From Trichinella spiralis (taxonomy: Eukaryota): a stretch of DNA of 64,000 nt. Positions 41,501-55,646 of this stretch are shown here, one piece after another (positions within the stretch are counted from its first letter, which is position 1; the number at the start of each line of letters is the position of its first letter). A program made the translations under genes and the position numbers. The stretch spans positions 1-64,000 of the forward strand of contig NW_003526945.1 in NCBI RefSeq assembly GCF_000181795.1. The letters run 5' to 3'. The notes below the pieces were generated by a model. The model worked only from the letters and a program-made list of their open reading frames with translations, ran no database searches and was not told where the DNA came from.

Positions 41501-43318
41501 TCTGTCAGTTAATTTATCAAACCAAGTTTTTATTAATTTGGACTCATAAACAAACATAGTACGTTATCCGAAATCTCAATATGTGGTTGAAATAAAATTT
41601 TTCATAAAATAATGAATGACTATCTATGATAATTTATTATCATTTTAAAAATTACTTTTAAAATGTATAACGATAAGTGATATCAGAAATCAACCATGCG
41701 AACTAAAAGTACTGTCATAAAAATATTATTACTTTATCTTTTTTTTCTGTTTTACTTTATTATGCCTTATTTTATTATCAGTGAGAGAAGCATAAGCGAA
41801 GTCTAATCGATTGAACATGATTAACGGCGTCAATAAAGTTGAATGAGAAGATGTCGCGTGTAAATTATGAATTTCGTTATGCATGATTAATTTCTAATAG
41901 TTAATCTGATGTTGAATGAAAGAAACTGTGCTCAGAACCTTTATTTTTACTAAATATTTTGAAAAGATATCTCGCAGAAAGAGAGGGCTTTCAAAAATAC
42001 AAAAAAAAGAAAAAAGAACCACTGCAAAAGAAAACAAATGTTCTTTATTATATTAATAACTCTTTCACGCAAGCCACTTGTTCTAAGGTTTATTTTTGAA
42101 CTATTCAAGCGATTAATGTAAAGTTAATGAGCAGTGGTGTTTGATTCATTTCGATTTTTCAAAATCACATTCACTATTTAAATTTAACTAATCAACAAAA
42201 GTATAACTGGCAAAATGGTCTCACTTAAGAAATCCTGGCTTCAAAACTTGCTCATCCTCTCAGCACGGTCAATTGACAACAATATTCAATGAGGAAACTA
42301 CCGACAGCATTGTTATCGTTATAAACATTTCATGATAACAGATCAAAAGGATGCTTACTAATTAGGAATTGATTCTTCTATTAAACCTAGTGAGTGGACT
42401 TATTGGCCAATTACACCACTTGCTTGCGTTTCAAAACGACAGCTTCTTAAAGCTTCAAAATATTGTCAATTTACTCAAGACATTTCAATGCATGCTAAAA
42501 GCTAAAAGCATCACATCTTTTCGCGTGAATAGTTCTAACAACTGCAGGGATCTTTTTATTTCCGTTTGAATCAAAACTGCCGACGCAAATAAGTTGTCAA
42601 GTTCAAATAAATTATCACTACAACGAATGCTGAGTACGCAGTAGGAAACATGCAATATAGCTAGCTGTCTGCGTGATTTCTACTGACAAATGAAAAATGA
42701 TGCAAATCTTGTCTCAAAGATATGAATCTGAAGATTGACTTGCTTAATCAACTCACAATCAAAAGTTGTTCAGTGAATCATTTATCCGCAATACTATCTC
42801 AATAAGCGTATATGAGAGAAAACGCAAGCCGGAATAAGTTTACTCACTATAATCTAATAACGCAACTGTTCTCAGAGCCTGCATTGCAAACAACATTCCC
42901 TCTTAAAGTTGTCAATAAATTGCGCAACATAGCATACACAATTTATGACAAACGCATATAGGCTGTTGCTTGATCGCTTTCCAACCATTATCAAAACATC
43001 ATAAGATTTTAACATTCGGCTATTTGGATGGTAATATTGCATTGCTTGCATCTTAATTCTTCTAATTTTCTCTTTCACCAGCTAACTTATTATAAATTTA
43101 ATAAACATTCATTTATCAACAGAACACTAATTCATTTACTCTGCATCCTTTATAAATGTGAATCAAATGATCCGTGAAACTTTTTCAATCATCATAATCA
43201 TTTCAAAATAATTACAGTACATTACAAATATGATTAATAAATTATTCAAATTCATTTTAAAACAAAGAATGCAAATTGAAAATTTTGCCTTTTTATCTAA
43301 AAAAATTTGATAAATATT

Positions 43319-43343
<25 letters not shown>
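43319..43343. repeat. (AC)n microsatellite
   Basis: About 12 AC units followed by a short (AT)n run. Confidence 0.95.
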
Positions 43344-43354
<11 letters not shown>

Positions 43355-46300
43355 TTATTTATTTATTTTATTTTATTTTTAATATTAAAAGAGATGAAAA
43401 TTGCTTGCGCCTTATTATTAGAATGAATATAAACATCAAAATATTAACATTTATTAAAAACAGATTGCAAATTAAAATTTTAAAATATGCTTTTGATGTT
43501 GCTATTGCATTGCGTTGTTGGTATCATTTTGCCTCAAAGCTGATAAAGTCCATTTGGGCATAAAAAATCAATATTTTATCATGCGTCGAAATTAACAAAG
43601 AGATGATCGACCACAAATCGGATAAGGCTTCAAAAATGATGTAATTCACTTATGATTATTCTAGATTTTGTTTTTATTTCAGTGTAACAATTTGGAAATG
43701 ATAAAAACATTCTAAATGTAAGTTTATTTTTGCTCATTCTTCCCATGCCTTGCTCTGTGATTAATTAACTGTTTGTTTGAAGCGGATACTGACTGATTAA
43801 TTATAATTTCAACTAAGAGCATTTTTATATATAAATTTGTAACTTTCAAAGTAACATATTTCTCTAATTGCACTAATAAAATAATTTTTCACTGACTAAT
43901 AATTAACAGAATATTGTGAAAAAATGATAAACCAGATAATGCCTCTGTTCAAGTGACACAGAAATGAAAATACCATTTCGAAGTAATTTTTGAAATTCCA
44001 TTTAATATATTATGTGTGAAAAACAAATTTCTGAAACATAACGATTATACAACAATTTAACATTCACATATTTAGTAAATTAAGCAATTTTTCAATGCCT
44101 AAATACCATTTATTTCAAAGCAGATTGCATAAACCATAAAAAGTAATGCAATAGGGCATTAGTGAAAAAGTCCAATTTACAAAGTACATGCTGCACCGTA
44201 AGTATTTTTATTTTAATTAACCGATAAATTTGTTACAAAATCCTCCATGAACAATTTTATTGCTTAATCCATAAAATACTTTTTTTCAAATTTAATTTAA
44301 TCAAATTAAGTGTCACATTACATTAGTTGTTTATTACTTGCAGTTGTTTAAACAAAATAATGAATCTGTTGCATTTTCTCCACAAATTTATTTACTAGTA
44401 ATAAATCTAAAAACAAGAAATTTCATTAGTACAAATTAAGAACAGTATAGAAAAGTATAAAACACAAGATGCCCCTATCAGGGAAATAGTATTGCTGCAA
44501 TAATTTGCATTATGATTTGCATTACGTAACAGATTTTAATAAGATTATTCATACTCTTTCCTTCAACGGAAAAATAAACATGAACAAATTTCTTATCATT
44601 TATCTCTTTAGCACTGTTTATACAGCAGCTTCATGCTCTAACTATTATATTATATACTTTGTGGAATAAAATTTGACTTTGAAACTACTAGGTATAAAAA
44701 AATTAATCAATGAAAACAGATAACTTTCTGTCAATAAATAAAAAAATGTATGGTAGAGAAAGATTTGTCATTTTTGTGTGAAAAGCATAATATATTAAAC
44801 AATAAATTAAAATATGTGCTTGGTTAGTCACAAATTTTTATCTGTCCCTATTAGATAATTAGAAATAAATTCTAAACGATCAGATGAAATAATGACGATT
44901 CAATACAAATAGAAGAACGAATGTTTCAGATCACAGAATAAATTTATGAACGCTTTGGACAAAACAATTTGGTTTGTTTTTAAAATTAATTTATAAAAGA
45001 GCGTGTTTTTAAACGAAATGACAACATACTTTTCAAAAATTTCAAGATCTCTAAAAAATGCAGACAATAAATAATACAACGAGAAAAGGCTACTATGAAA
45101 ATATTGTACTATTAATATTTTGTAAACTAATATTCTCAAAACTGATATTTGGCTTTGCATAAGTAAACAATATGTTTCGTGCAATGTATGATAAATAAGC
45201 CAGAAAATTGCATAAATTTGTTAAAAAGCTGCTTTTCTAGAAATGAATATCTAATATTAAATGTCAAAAAATGTTTACATAAAAGCAAAACCTTTTTTAT
45301 AATGAAGAATTTGAAACGTCATAAAAATGAATGATAAAGGAAGTCTATAATGATTTATTATTAAAAAATGTAATAATATTACCAAATTAACGAAGATATA
45401 AAGTTACAACAAAAAAAGGAAATTTATTATAAATAACTGAAACCTTTTGAATAATAATAATAATAATGTTATATATCATTTTTGTTATTCAAATGAATCA
45501 TTTTAACATTCTAATGCAGAGAAGTCCAAATAAATGCAACTTGAAAATTCCGTTGTGCGCAGCGATTTTAAGATTATTATATTAAAAATTTATTATTATT
45601 ATTATTATTATTATTAAAAATGAAGAAAGTGACTTACCTTAGTTTTTTGCTTTTGCTTTTAATCTTTCAAATTATAAGATAGATGATTCTGTTCATAGAT
45701 TTGAGAAGTAGGCTATTTCAACGTCAGCTATTACCATTTACTGATAAACAGACGTTCTAGCTAATTTTCTTAGCTCTGCGCATCGATTGTTGTACAAATA
45801 GAGACGATAAATGCTAGCCCCTCACGTATTTATTATGATCATTTAGTTGTTCAGATCAATCGGCCAAGTATATTTTCTACGCTAGAGCAGTTCAGCTCTC
45901 TAATAGGCAGCAATGTGCCGCCGGTAGGCTTGACATCCTCATCACACTTCATTCTCCAGAGCCAGCAACTGTCACTGACTGCCAACCAATACTCATTCCT
46001 CTTCTCTATGTGAACATTTCCATTTTCTCTTTTCTCCATTATGTCTATCCAATTTCAATTTTTAGCTTGTTCACGATCTGTTTTTCCTCCTTTTTACATT
46101 TACTCTCACTAATGCATCACTAATTGGGGGAAATGTTAATAATGCAAAAAAATAAATAAATAAATAAATAAATACTTCCATTATTCTCATCTTATACAAT
46201 TGCAATCATTTAAGTTGAAAAATAATTTTCACAGAATTCTACAATAATGCAAATCATGATACATTATAAATAATTTTATAAAATACATTTCAACAAATAC

Positions 46301-48125
46301 AGTATATTTTAATAATAATAATAATAATAATTAAGTAGACTATTTGTTGTTATTCCTTTATAAAAATAAAATCTAATAAAATCTAATCTGAACTTATTAT
46401 TTCTGCATTATCATCCAAATAGAAGTTTCTATTAAATGATTTTCATTGAAAATTATTCATAAATGTTTTTTTTTAATTATGCTCTGAAATGAAAATTTTT
46501 TCATCATGAAAAAGGTTTTAAAGGAAATCAGCAAAATTACAATTTTTATTATACTAAGTTAATAAGTAATCTATGAAAACTTTAAATTCCAATCCTAAAT
46601 GATAAATATGCAATGCGTTGAAAGTCAATTTCAAATTATCATATTATTCATCTCACGAAGCTATATTTTACACTAATTTTACCTGTTTGCTATTGAATTT
46701 TTAACTTGAACAAAAAAATCAACTATTATAATAATTTTTTGCTTTTTTGAATAACTTCAAAACATAAACTATCTGTTTCTGTTCATCCAATTTTTACGCT
46801 TGCAGTAATGCATAAATAAGGTTATGCTTTCATTAGGCATACTCATTAGGTTTTCTTCATTGCATACTTCAAAAATAAAATTAACTTTTTTAATTTCATG
46901 TTTTTTAATCATTTTAACTGCAATTTATATAAAAATTTATTGCAATAATTGGATGCTTTTATAATTTTTCTATAGAATACAATTTCATTATCGATTGAAG
47001 ATGTTGAACGTAAAGTAACTACACTCCATTCAAATATGCGTCTTCAAAATGTGATATTCATTCGCCACATATTTCTATGGAAAATTTAAATATGCTAAAA
47101 ATAAAAGCATTATATTCTATTTAATAGAGCAAGTGGAAATTTCGAAGAAATTTATAACACATCACATCACATAATGTGCACCATACATTTTAAATAAATT
47201 TTTCAACCTTCCTCTCTATTTGAATTTATTGTAGTTACATTTTATTATATTCATTGAATATTATTTTATTAAATTTAGTAAAAGCAAATGATTTATTACC
47301 AATAAATAATATACGTAGAACAATTAAAAATCTATTTAACAGCATCGCAAAAATGGAAAACCGTGAAAAATATCAAATAGCTTCATACAGATACAATTTC
47401 CTTTGTGCTTGTACTTTTACAGATTATGTTTCTTATGCAGAGAAGAATGTTGTAAAATGAAAAACTGAACAGAGCAGAACTTAACTGCTGGACTTTTCGA
47501 AATTGGAATCTTGATTATTTTTTGATAAATACAACCTTGTCTTATTAATTACACATAAATGCTAAAACTGAAAAGAAATAAAAATAAAACATATTTCTCC
47601 TTTTATTACTTTAAAATAATGCAATATTTAAATTTTAAATTACCTCTTCGTGCACCTATTCTTCAAAATCAAGTATCGTTGTATGTATATATATATACAC
47701 GAAATAAATATATTTCTTTTTTTTTCTTTGTTCAATAATTTATCACTATTAATTTATTAAATGGTTTTAAAATTTCCACTGCACATAATTTAAATTATAC
47801 TCATGTATGAATAGACAGATGAAATGGACAATGGACAAGAATATAATAAATAGAAATATGTTAGCTAAATGTAGGAAATTTTGAACAAATAAAAAAAGCT
47901 GACAATAACTGTTTACTCAATTGTCTGCGAGGTCAAGCAACTTTCGTCGTTGAGGCAATTGTGCTTTTATGATAATCCAGTTTACAGGGCGTTGTCCACC
48001 TTCGCTAACGTGTAGGCACATGGAACAATTTTGCAGCTAGCGCTCAATCCGCTTTCTATCGACTGACAAAACAAATAAATTGACAAGAATGATGAAAATA
48101 GCAAATACATGAAGCACAACATTAA

Positions 48126-48175
48126 CAGCCAGCCAGCCAGCCAGTCAGTCAGTCAGTCAGTCAGTCAGCAGCAGC
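48126..48175. repeat. Compound (CAGC)n(CAGT)n tetranucleotide microsatellite
   Basis: cagccagccagccagccagtcagtcagtcagtcagtcagtcagcagcagc. Confidence 0.9.
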
Positions 48176-49581
48176 TTTTCAGAACAAAATTGCCATTTTG
48201 CACTTTTGAAAACTGGATCTAAAATTCTCATTCGTCAATTTATGCCACCAATTTGCAAAGCTAGAAATAATCTTCTACAACAAATAACATAAACATTTTT
48301 GCAATTTCCATTGCTTATTATTACCAACCATACCATGGTGCAGACGGCTTGACACGTGTAAATTTCAAACATCGTGGCAAACTGAAACTACGACAATACA
48401 ATTCTGAATATTCCATATTTCTTTTCAATAAATTTTCTATAAAATACATTAATTAATTAATTAATTAATTAATCACTTAAAACATTGTCATTCATCACAA
48501 TTCATTTTCTACATCAATATTCTTCACCTCGTATATTTTGCTTTTTCATAAAAATCTCCTTTTCCAATTGATGCAATTTGTGAATAAGCATTATGTCATC
48601 ATTTCGTACTGTCGCCTGCAAATAAACATACAAATTTACTTTAAGCTTCGGTCATCAATCCCAATTTAAGTGTATCACTGTTTGCATATTGGAAAATTTT
48701 CATCAAACATTTTACTATAATTCATCTCTATTACTTTACAGTACAAAATCGTTCATTATTATTATTATAACCATTTCAATAGAAAAAAGCATTTCAATAA
48801 AACTTAATAATCAATTCAATCTTCTGTTCATGCATTCATTCTACGAGCTAATTCTACGGTTGAACTTAATTTCAATAAAGCCGACAGCCATCTTTTTATT
48901 TTTAAAATCACCACATTACCAAATACAAGCATCAACAATACAAAAGTAAATTTAATTTAAAAATTATTTTCACTACTTTGCAAATAAACACATGCCATGC
49001 TGCATTTCAATTGTTAATAATTAAGCATTTTTCATAAATGATCACAATTAACTAATCATTTGCTATATTCATTGATGAATAATAATATTAAAAATTACAT
49101 AAATAATGGAAAAAGACGAAATGAAACAACCATTCCTCATACTAAAAACAAAAGTCAAATTATACAGAAGTTTTTGGAACAAATTTTACATATGCATCAT
49201 AAAGAAAATTGCATACAAATACAGTACTGATTTCCGATAAATAACTGAATAAATATCAATCTTCAGGAACTGATTCATACATGCCTAAATATGAACAATA
49301 TGCTCACTCGATAAGCTTTAACAATATTAGGAAGGATTGTGCAAAAATTTTCCATTTTCAACTGTCATTCAAGCTGTTAAACTTTCACATTCTATGACAA
49401 TAACTATCCAAATTCGTAAAATTAATTACATATGAAAAATGCATTGCTATGAATGTCAAGCACTAGCGTGCGCGCTCACACCACCTAAAAGTTAGTTAGT
49501 AAAATGGAAGATTACAAATACAACATCAATCTATCCATATACAAAACATTTGCAGTTAAAAACAGTGAACAAACCATTTAC

Positions 49582-50454
49582 CATTTGTTTTTTCAGCTTT
49601 TCAAGACGTTCTGCATTAAAATCGAAATAATCTGATGAAATACAACAATGCTGCTCTGGAACAGTATCACAACTAGAGATATCATTGTCACTAAAGAGAC
49701 ATTCAACAACTTGTGCTGTTGATCGTTCAGCACTTCCATAATGACTAGTAGTCTGCTTTTTTGTAAAAGAATCCCGAATACGGTGAAAATTCGGTTGATT
49801 GTTCATTTTTTTCTTCTTCCTGGAATTCATTTGTTTGAACGTATTTTGAAACCACTGACGACATTGCCTTTGCAAAGTTTTTTTTGGAATAAAATTTGAA
49901 GAACATTCTTCTTCTGCTGCTTCGAAATACGATCCATCGGTAGAATGTACATTTTGAACAAAATGCTCTTTGTATTGCCACGACAACTTTTTCGGTAAAG
50001 TTTTTATCAATCTCTTTCTTGAAACATCCTCATCCACTGATTGCCAACACCCTAATTGTGAATTATTTGCAGCTGTTGTTATTTTCTCATCCAAAAATTT
50101 ATTTCTATCATTATAATCATTTTCATGGAAAGTTTGTTCAACAGCCGCACTGCATGATTGCAAAACTGTTGAACTTTTATTCAAACATCGTCTAGACGGA
50201 GGTGCACTATAATTACCACCATTTACATAATATCCAAGCAATTGATTGTTTTTTTCTTCGACACCAGACGAACCACAACCAACAGAAGTTCTTCCACTTG
50301 TTGGTAACGATTGACAATTATTAATAAATAAATTTCTTGCACCACCAACACTCCATGTTTTAAATGCAACAGATCGATAAGGTCTAGCTGTAGGCAAAGA
50401 CTTTGCAAAAATTAAAGTGGAATGATCATTAGTATTAAACAAATTCGTATTCAT
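49582..50454 (-). CDS. Orphan coding exon (291 codons, Ser/Asn/Lys-rich, probably disordered); parent gene unresolved
   Basis: A 960-nt stop-free frame in very AT-rich DNA, with first ATG at 50454 and a candidate phase-0 donor ATG|GTAAAT at 49581. No domain recognised. Confidence 0.6.
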
Positions 50455-52174
50455 CGTTGTCGCTTGTATAATATTCGATTCTTTGTTCAAATAAATAAAT
50501 AAATATATATATATACATATATGTAAATATTATAAATAAATCACATGTATTGTCCAATGTCTATCAAGAAAGTGAAGAACAAACTAAATCTTACTGTAAA
50601 TTTTCAAAACTGACCAGTCACGGTCTTCTGGCAACAGCAGTTGACATGAAAGCCGCTATCTTTCTTGTCTGCAAACAGACTGTTGTCCATCATCAACAGG
50701 TTTCAAACAATACAATGCAGTATACAATACAATTTTACATAAAAAAATAAATTATCTATCTATCTATATATATATATATATATTGTTTTTGGGTGTATGT
50801 ATTGATCTTACTTATTAAAATCAAAGTTATAATAAACTTTGCTGAACAAAAAATGAAATATTTCTTCCTCAAAAAAAAAGAACAAAAATATATTGCCGTA
50901 GTGTTTCTTTAGTGAAATACATGGAAAAGAAGAAAATTTTTCGGACAACGAAGAAGATGGAAAAAATTAAATAAAATCGACATTTTCAGCAAGTTCACTG
51001 TGAAAATGAACATGTCGAGTATCAAATTTTCATTGCTTCATTGCTATTAAACAACGCAATAATGAAAATTAGAAAGAAAAAAGCATAATCTGCATAATAT
51101 GAATTTTCATTGCCACGCTGATAATATGAAAATGCGTTGCTTTAATGAAAAAGCGAGCACACAACGCCTGTGAAACTAAAACTATTCATAGTAAGCAATT
51201 CCAAGCAGATACGGCATGTCAGAGAATGGAGTATTGACAATGAAAACGAACGCGCAACTTTATTCATTATTTCCAACTTCCATTCTCTTGCATCAAATAT
51301 TTTGAATACATTTTCCACACGGAATGACGTTTTTGAAATTCATCATTACTTACTTTTCAAAGTGAAAAATCAAAAATACTCACATCACTTGGGACAACCT
51401 TCTCAACTGTGCTCTGAACCGACGCAATGGCCCTATTGCGTGCAAGAAATTTTGCAATTTCAAATTGCCACTTTCCACGTTGCATTAAAAATCAGACACC
51501 ATTACTGATCATCAAACAATCACAATAATGCTCAATTTATGGTCATTATAAATTATTTCACTATAATATAAAATAACAACATTGTTCTACAATACTCATA
51601 AAATACATTCAATGAACAGTCCAAAACATTACACAATTTTCTATTACAAATTTTACCTTCAAATCAATAGTTGAAATGGCTTGAAATTTATCATCACGCT
51701 TTTATTTGAAATAACCATTATAACAATTCTATAAAAACCATCCCTACTAAATGCATAAAAATTGCTTAAAAGAAAGCAGCATTTTATTCCAATTATTTCA
51801 TACAAACAGTAATGTACCTTTCTTTATTTCCCATAAACTTATATTACACTACCGCTACCGACATTACACACTGAGTAAATTTTGCAGTAAGCTTCAAATT
51901 TAATAATTAAAAAATTTATTATACTTTGATATTCTCATTATTTATTTCATTAACTATATGTATATTTATCTACATCGAAACATTCCAACTTCACCAATTA
52001 CAGAATACGAATTTTCAATATTCGTCTACTTCATTGATAATTATATTATAAAAATTAGCAAATCAAGAAAAAATAAAAAACTATAAATCAGCAATGGCAA
52101 CAGATCAATGACGTATGCAATCAATCATCGTTTATGAACGTTCGATCTACGGTGAGATAAAATAAAACTAATAA

Positions 52175-53240
52175 TCATGCCTGTTCCAATTCAATTAAAA
52201 CACCGTTGCAATCTTTTGGATGCAGAAACATTACTGGCTTTCCATGAGCACCAATTGAAGCTTTCTCAGCCAAACATTTGATACCTTTGCTTTTCACATT
52301 TGCAATTGCCTTCTCAATATTATCAACCTCAATAAAAATAAAATATAAATATAAATATACAAGTTCATCCTAAAAATACATCCAGTTAACTATGCAAACA
52401 GTTAAAAAGTAACCCAAAATGCTAAATTGTACAAGTTCTTTTCAATAAAACAGTGCACTGAATAAATTATCAAAACAATTGTATACAATAAGCGATCAAC
52501 ACAAATTACTTCAACGCATATGTGATGCATGCCTCCTAATGTGTTCTTTTTTAAATAACCTGAAATCGGACTCTTATCTCCAAGCGGGTGTAGCAGCTAA
52601 AACATGTTTAAAATAAAATTTAAAAAACGGACCATATCACCGCTTTACCTCAATTTTGCTGTTACCCAAGTTGACAAAAACAGTTGTTACACCATGATTA
52701 GGAAGATTCTATAAAAATGCAATAAAGCTCCTCAAAGAACAAGTTTCAATATTAATAAAAATTTTCTGTCACTTAAAAATCGCTAAAGCATAATTGCAAC
52801 AACGTTACAAAGCTGTCCCGTATCATTCTCTTCCTCTCAAATACTTTACATATTAACATTCTCATTTATTCAGATTGAGAAATTTATAAACGTACATATT
52901 TACTCATGCATCCAAAATACGTATTGCTTATTTCTATGTATTAGAAAAACAAAACAAAACAAAACAAATCAATCCCATTACCACTGGTTCACTAACTTCA
53001 GCGCCCAAAATATTTTTGTAAAAATCTGCTGCCTTTTTTAAATCTGGACAAGCGATGGCAACATGATTTAATTTTCCCAATGAAAAAGCATCATCAGCAA
53101 ACTAAAATGCATACGTGCAATTAAAACCAAATCACATCAAAAAGTATAAAACCATTAACTGCAACAGCACTGGTGCTAAACTTTTTCAGATATCTAAAAT
53201 CATCACGCTTCATCAAACCACCAATTCGCCATAGAGACAT
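52175..53240 (-). CDS. MCEE: Methylmalonyl-CoA epimerase, mitochondrial, 5 exons
   Basis: Basic presequence, then LGKLNHVAIACPDL, HGVTTVFVNLGNSKIELLHPLG, GGMHHICVEVDNI and IGAHGKPVMFLHPKDCNGVLIELEQA*. The metal-binding His/His/Glu residues are present. Confidence 0.95.
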
Positions 53241-54062
53241 TTTAAAATAGATAATCGATTAACTTTTAAAGAATAATTCACGTGCTCACTAAATAGTACA
53301 TGTTAATGATTTTCATGAGCTAATATTATATCATAGACCATACAGTCAATTTCATAGTTTACCTGGTAATGTTCACTGTAATATCAAGAATTATAATTAA
53401 AAGTATATCAAAATATGATTATCCAAACTCCACCATCAAATTTATGCTGAATAAAACAAATATTCTTTTATAAAAAGCAGCTGGTTTACTAACATATATT
53501 TCATATTTACATCGCTGTTTTCATGATAAATTATTAAAAATAAATTTAAATGAAATAAAGAATATTGTGACTGTTCATAATGACTTTATTTCATCTTGAA
53601 AATCTTATTTTAGATACAGTACGTCAATATTAAAAATGCTTGCTTTATTCTACATACTTAGTATCGTATAAAAGCGATTGACTGTAATTTAATGAATTTA
53701 AAAAGAAATTTTTTTTATATATAATTTATAAATTATATGTCATTTTCATATTAATAATTAAAATTATAAAATTAATGATTTAATAAAATTCAGATGTTTG
53801 TGAAGTAAATGGAATATTGTTGTTAATAAAAGGAGCAAAAAATATAGGAACCAAATCCAGAATTATTCAAGTTAAACCATAAAGGGAAATATTCCACTAA
53901 GTATTTTAATATACATAGTTTTTTCTAATCATATCACTGAGTACTAAGTAATCGAAGGTAAAATGTCATTTTGAGTACTGTACATTCATGGTAATGTTAT
54001 TAATAAAATCTAGCCTAAAAACTAAATAATTAGTTCCATACTTTTTAGATTGCTCGTTTTTC

Positions 54063-55646
54063 ATGTTCAGTAAAAATATATTCAAATTATTTTTTAACCT
54101 GCGACGTTGTAGACAAGGTACGTAATGAATATATGAGAAAACGATGAAATGAATTTTGAATATTCGAATTGTAGAACGATTTCTTTTTACTGATAAAAGT
54201 CTTGGCCTTACTGATTTCGACATATTCCGAAATGCACGTCGAAGAAAGTTGAACATTTCACAAGGTTACAATGTTCAATGTTAGCTGATAGTTGTATCGG
54301 AAAAAATTGTTTTTTCTTTCTTATTTAGAGCAATTTTGGAATAGAATGCAGCATTATTTCCTTCCTAACAACACTTTGTTTATTTACACTGAAGATTTGA
54401 AAAATGCCGTATGTCTTGCTGAAACAGAAGAACAGATTCATATTGTTACAAAAATGTGTTACCGATATAATGATCAGAGTCAGCGCATGAAAATATTTAT
54501 TTATCAGTTTGGATCTGTAATTATGCGAATGCTGCATTGTGCTAAGAAACCAGATCTGGCTTATGATTTAATATCAGATCCTGTATGTTTTTGTGTAAAC
54601 GATGAGACAATTTTCTGCGTTAGCATTTAAAAATTATTTTTCTAATTATAATTCATCTTATTTATATTACTTGTTTAATTACAATCGCTTGGTATTCTGT
54701 TGCAGCAAAGTTACATCATACTTTTAGGCGCTGAGCAATTTCTTTAATCATCCCATGTGTTTCACCGTTTGTATGGATTTATTATATAAAGAAGAACGTT
54801 ACCAGGCGATAATTGATGTTTGGAAAATTTATGAAAATAGCGACTGTATGCTAAAAAATCCATATCCAAGATCCTTGCAAATTCTCACCACTGCTGCATG
54901 TTATAAAATGGTAATATTCAAGATGCTTCTGCATATTAATTTTTATTGCATTCATATCATAGGCAACGGAGGAGGCTTGTGAATTCGGCCTGCAGTTTCT
55001 TGGTAATTGCATCACTAAGGTTCCAGTACCGGGAAAAGCTTTAGCAATGATGAGTGCATTGTGCTTAAAGATAGAAAATCCCAACATGTCATATGAAATT
55101 TTAATGTTAATGAAGAAGCCAGAGGATAACGTTTTAAGTCGTGGTTTACTCTGTTATGCTTTGAAAAATTTGAATCGGCTGCACGAAGCTATTCAGTTAC
55201 TTGAGCAACTTATTGTTACTGATTTGTCTTCTCCAACGACAGATTTCAAAATATCCGCATGTGTACTTGAAGATTTATCGAAAGCCGTAGGTGAAATGGC
55301 GGATACAAATTTAATTAAGAGATTCAAAAGAGTACATTCACAACTGAAGCAAAGTAACAACATTATAATAACTTCAATTGACGATCTTTTATGTGCACCA
55401 GTTCATATGCAGCCATCATCGCAACAAGAAGGTAGTTTTTTCTCATTATGCTGTTTTGTTTTGGGAAATTCATTTTCATGTGATTTAGACACATCGTTAC
55501 AAGGCGATCCGTTGAATTCTAATAACACATCTCAAAATGCTTCTACTCAAAGTGCGATTTTACATAAAAATCGAAGCTACACAAGTGATAAAATTGTTGA
55601 ACTGCTCGCGAAAAGAATTCGATCCGAAGGACCATATGAAAATTAA
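54063..55646 (+). CDS. PTCD2: Mitochondrial pentatricopeptide-repeat protein PTCD2-like, about 5-6 exons
   Basis: Presequence MFSKNIFKLFFNLRRCRQ, then RFLFTDKSLGL, IYTEDLKN, YQFGSVIMRMLH, CFTVCMDLLY and LTTAACYKM, which follow the PTCD2/MRP-S27-family pattern. Confidence 0.85.

Noticed and set aside
33000..49000. Many 60-125 aa Phe/Ile/Asn/Lys-rich ORFs
   Set aside because: Their composition mirrors the AT-rich background, and they show no motifs or compatible splice phases.
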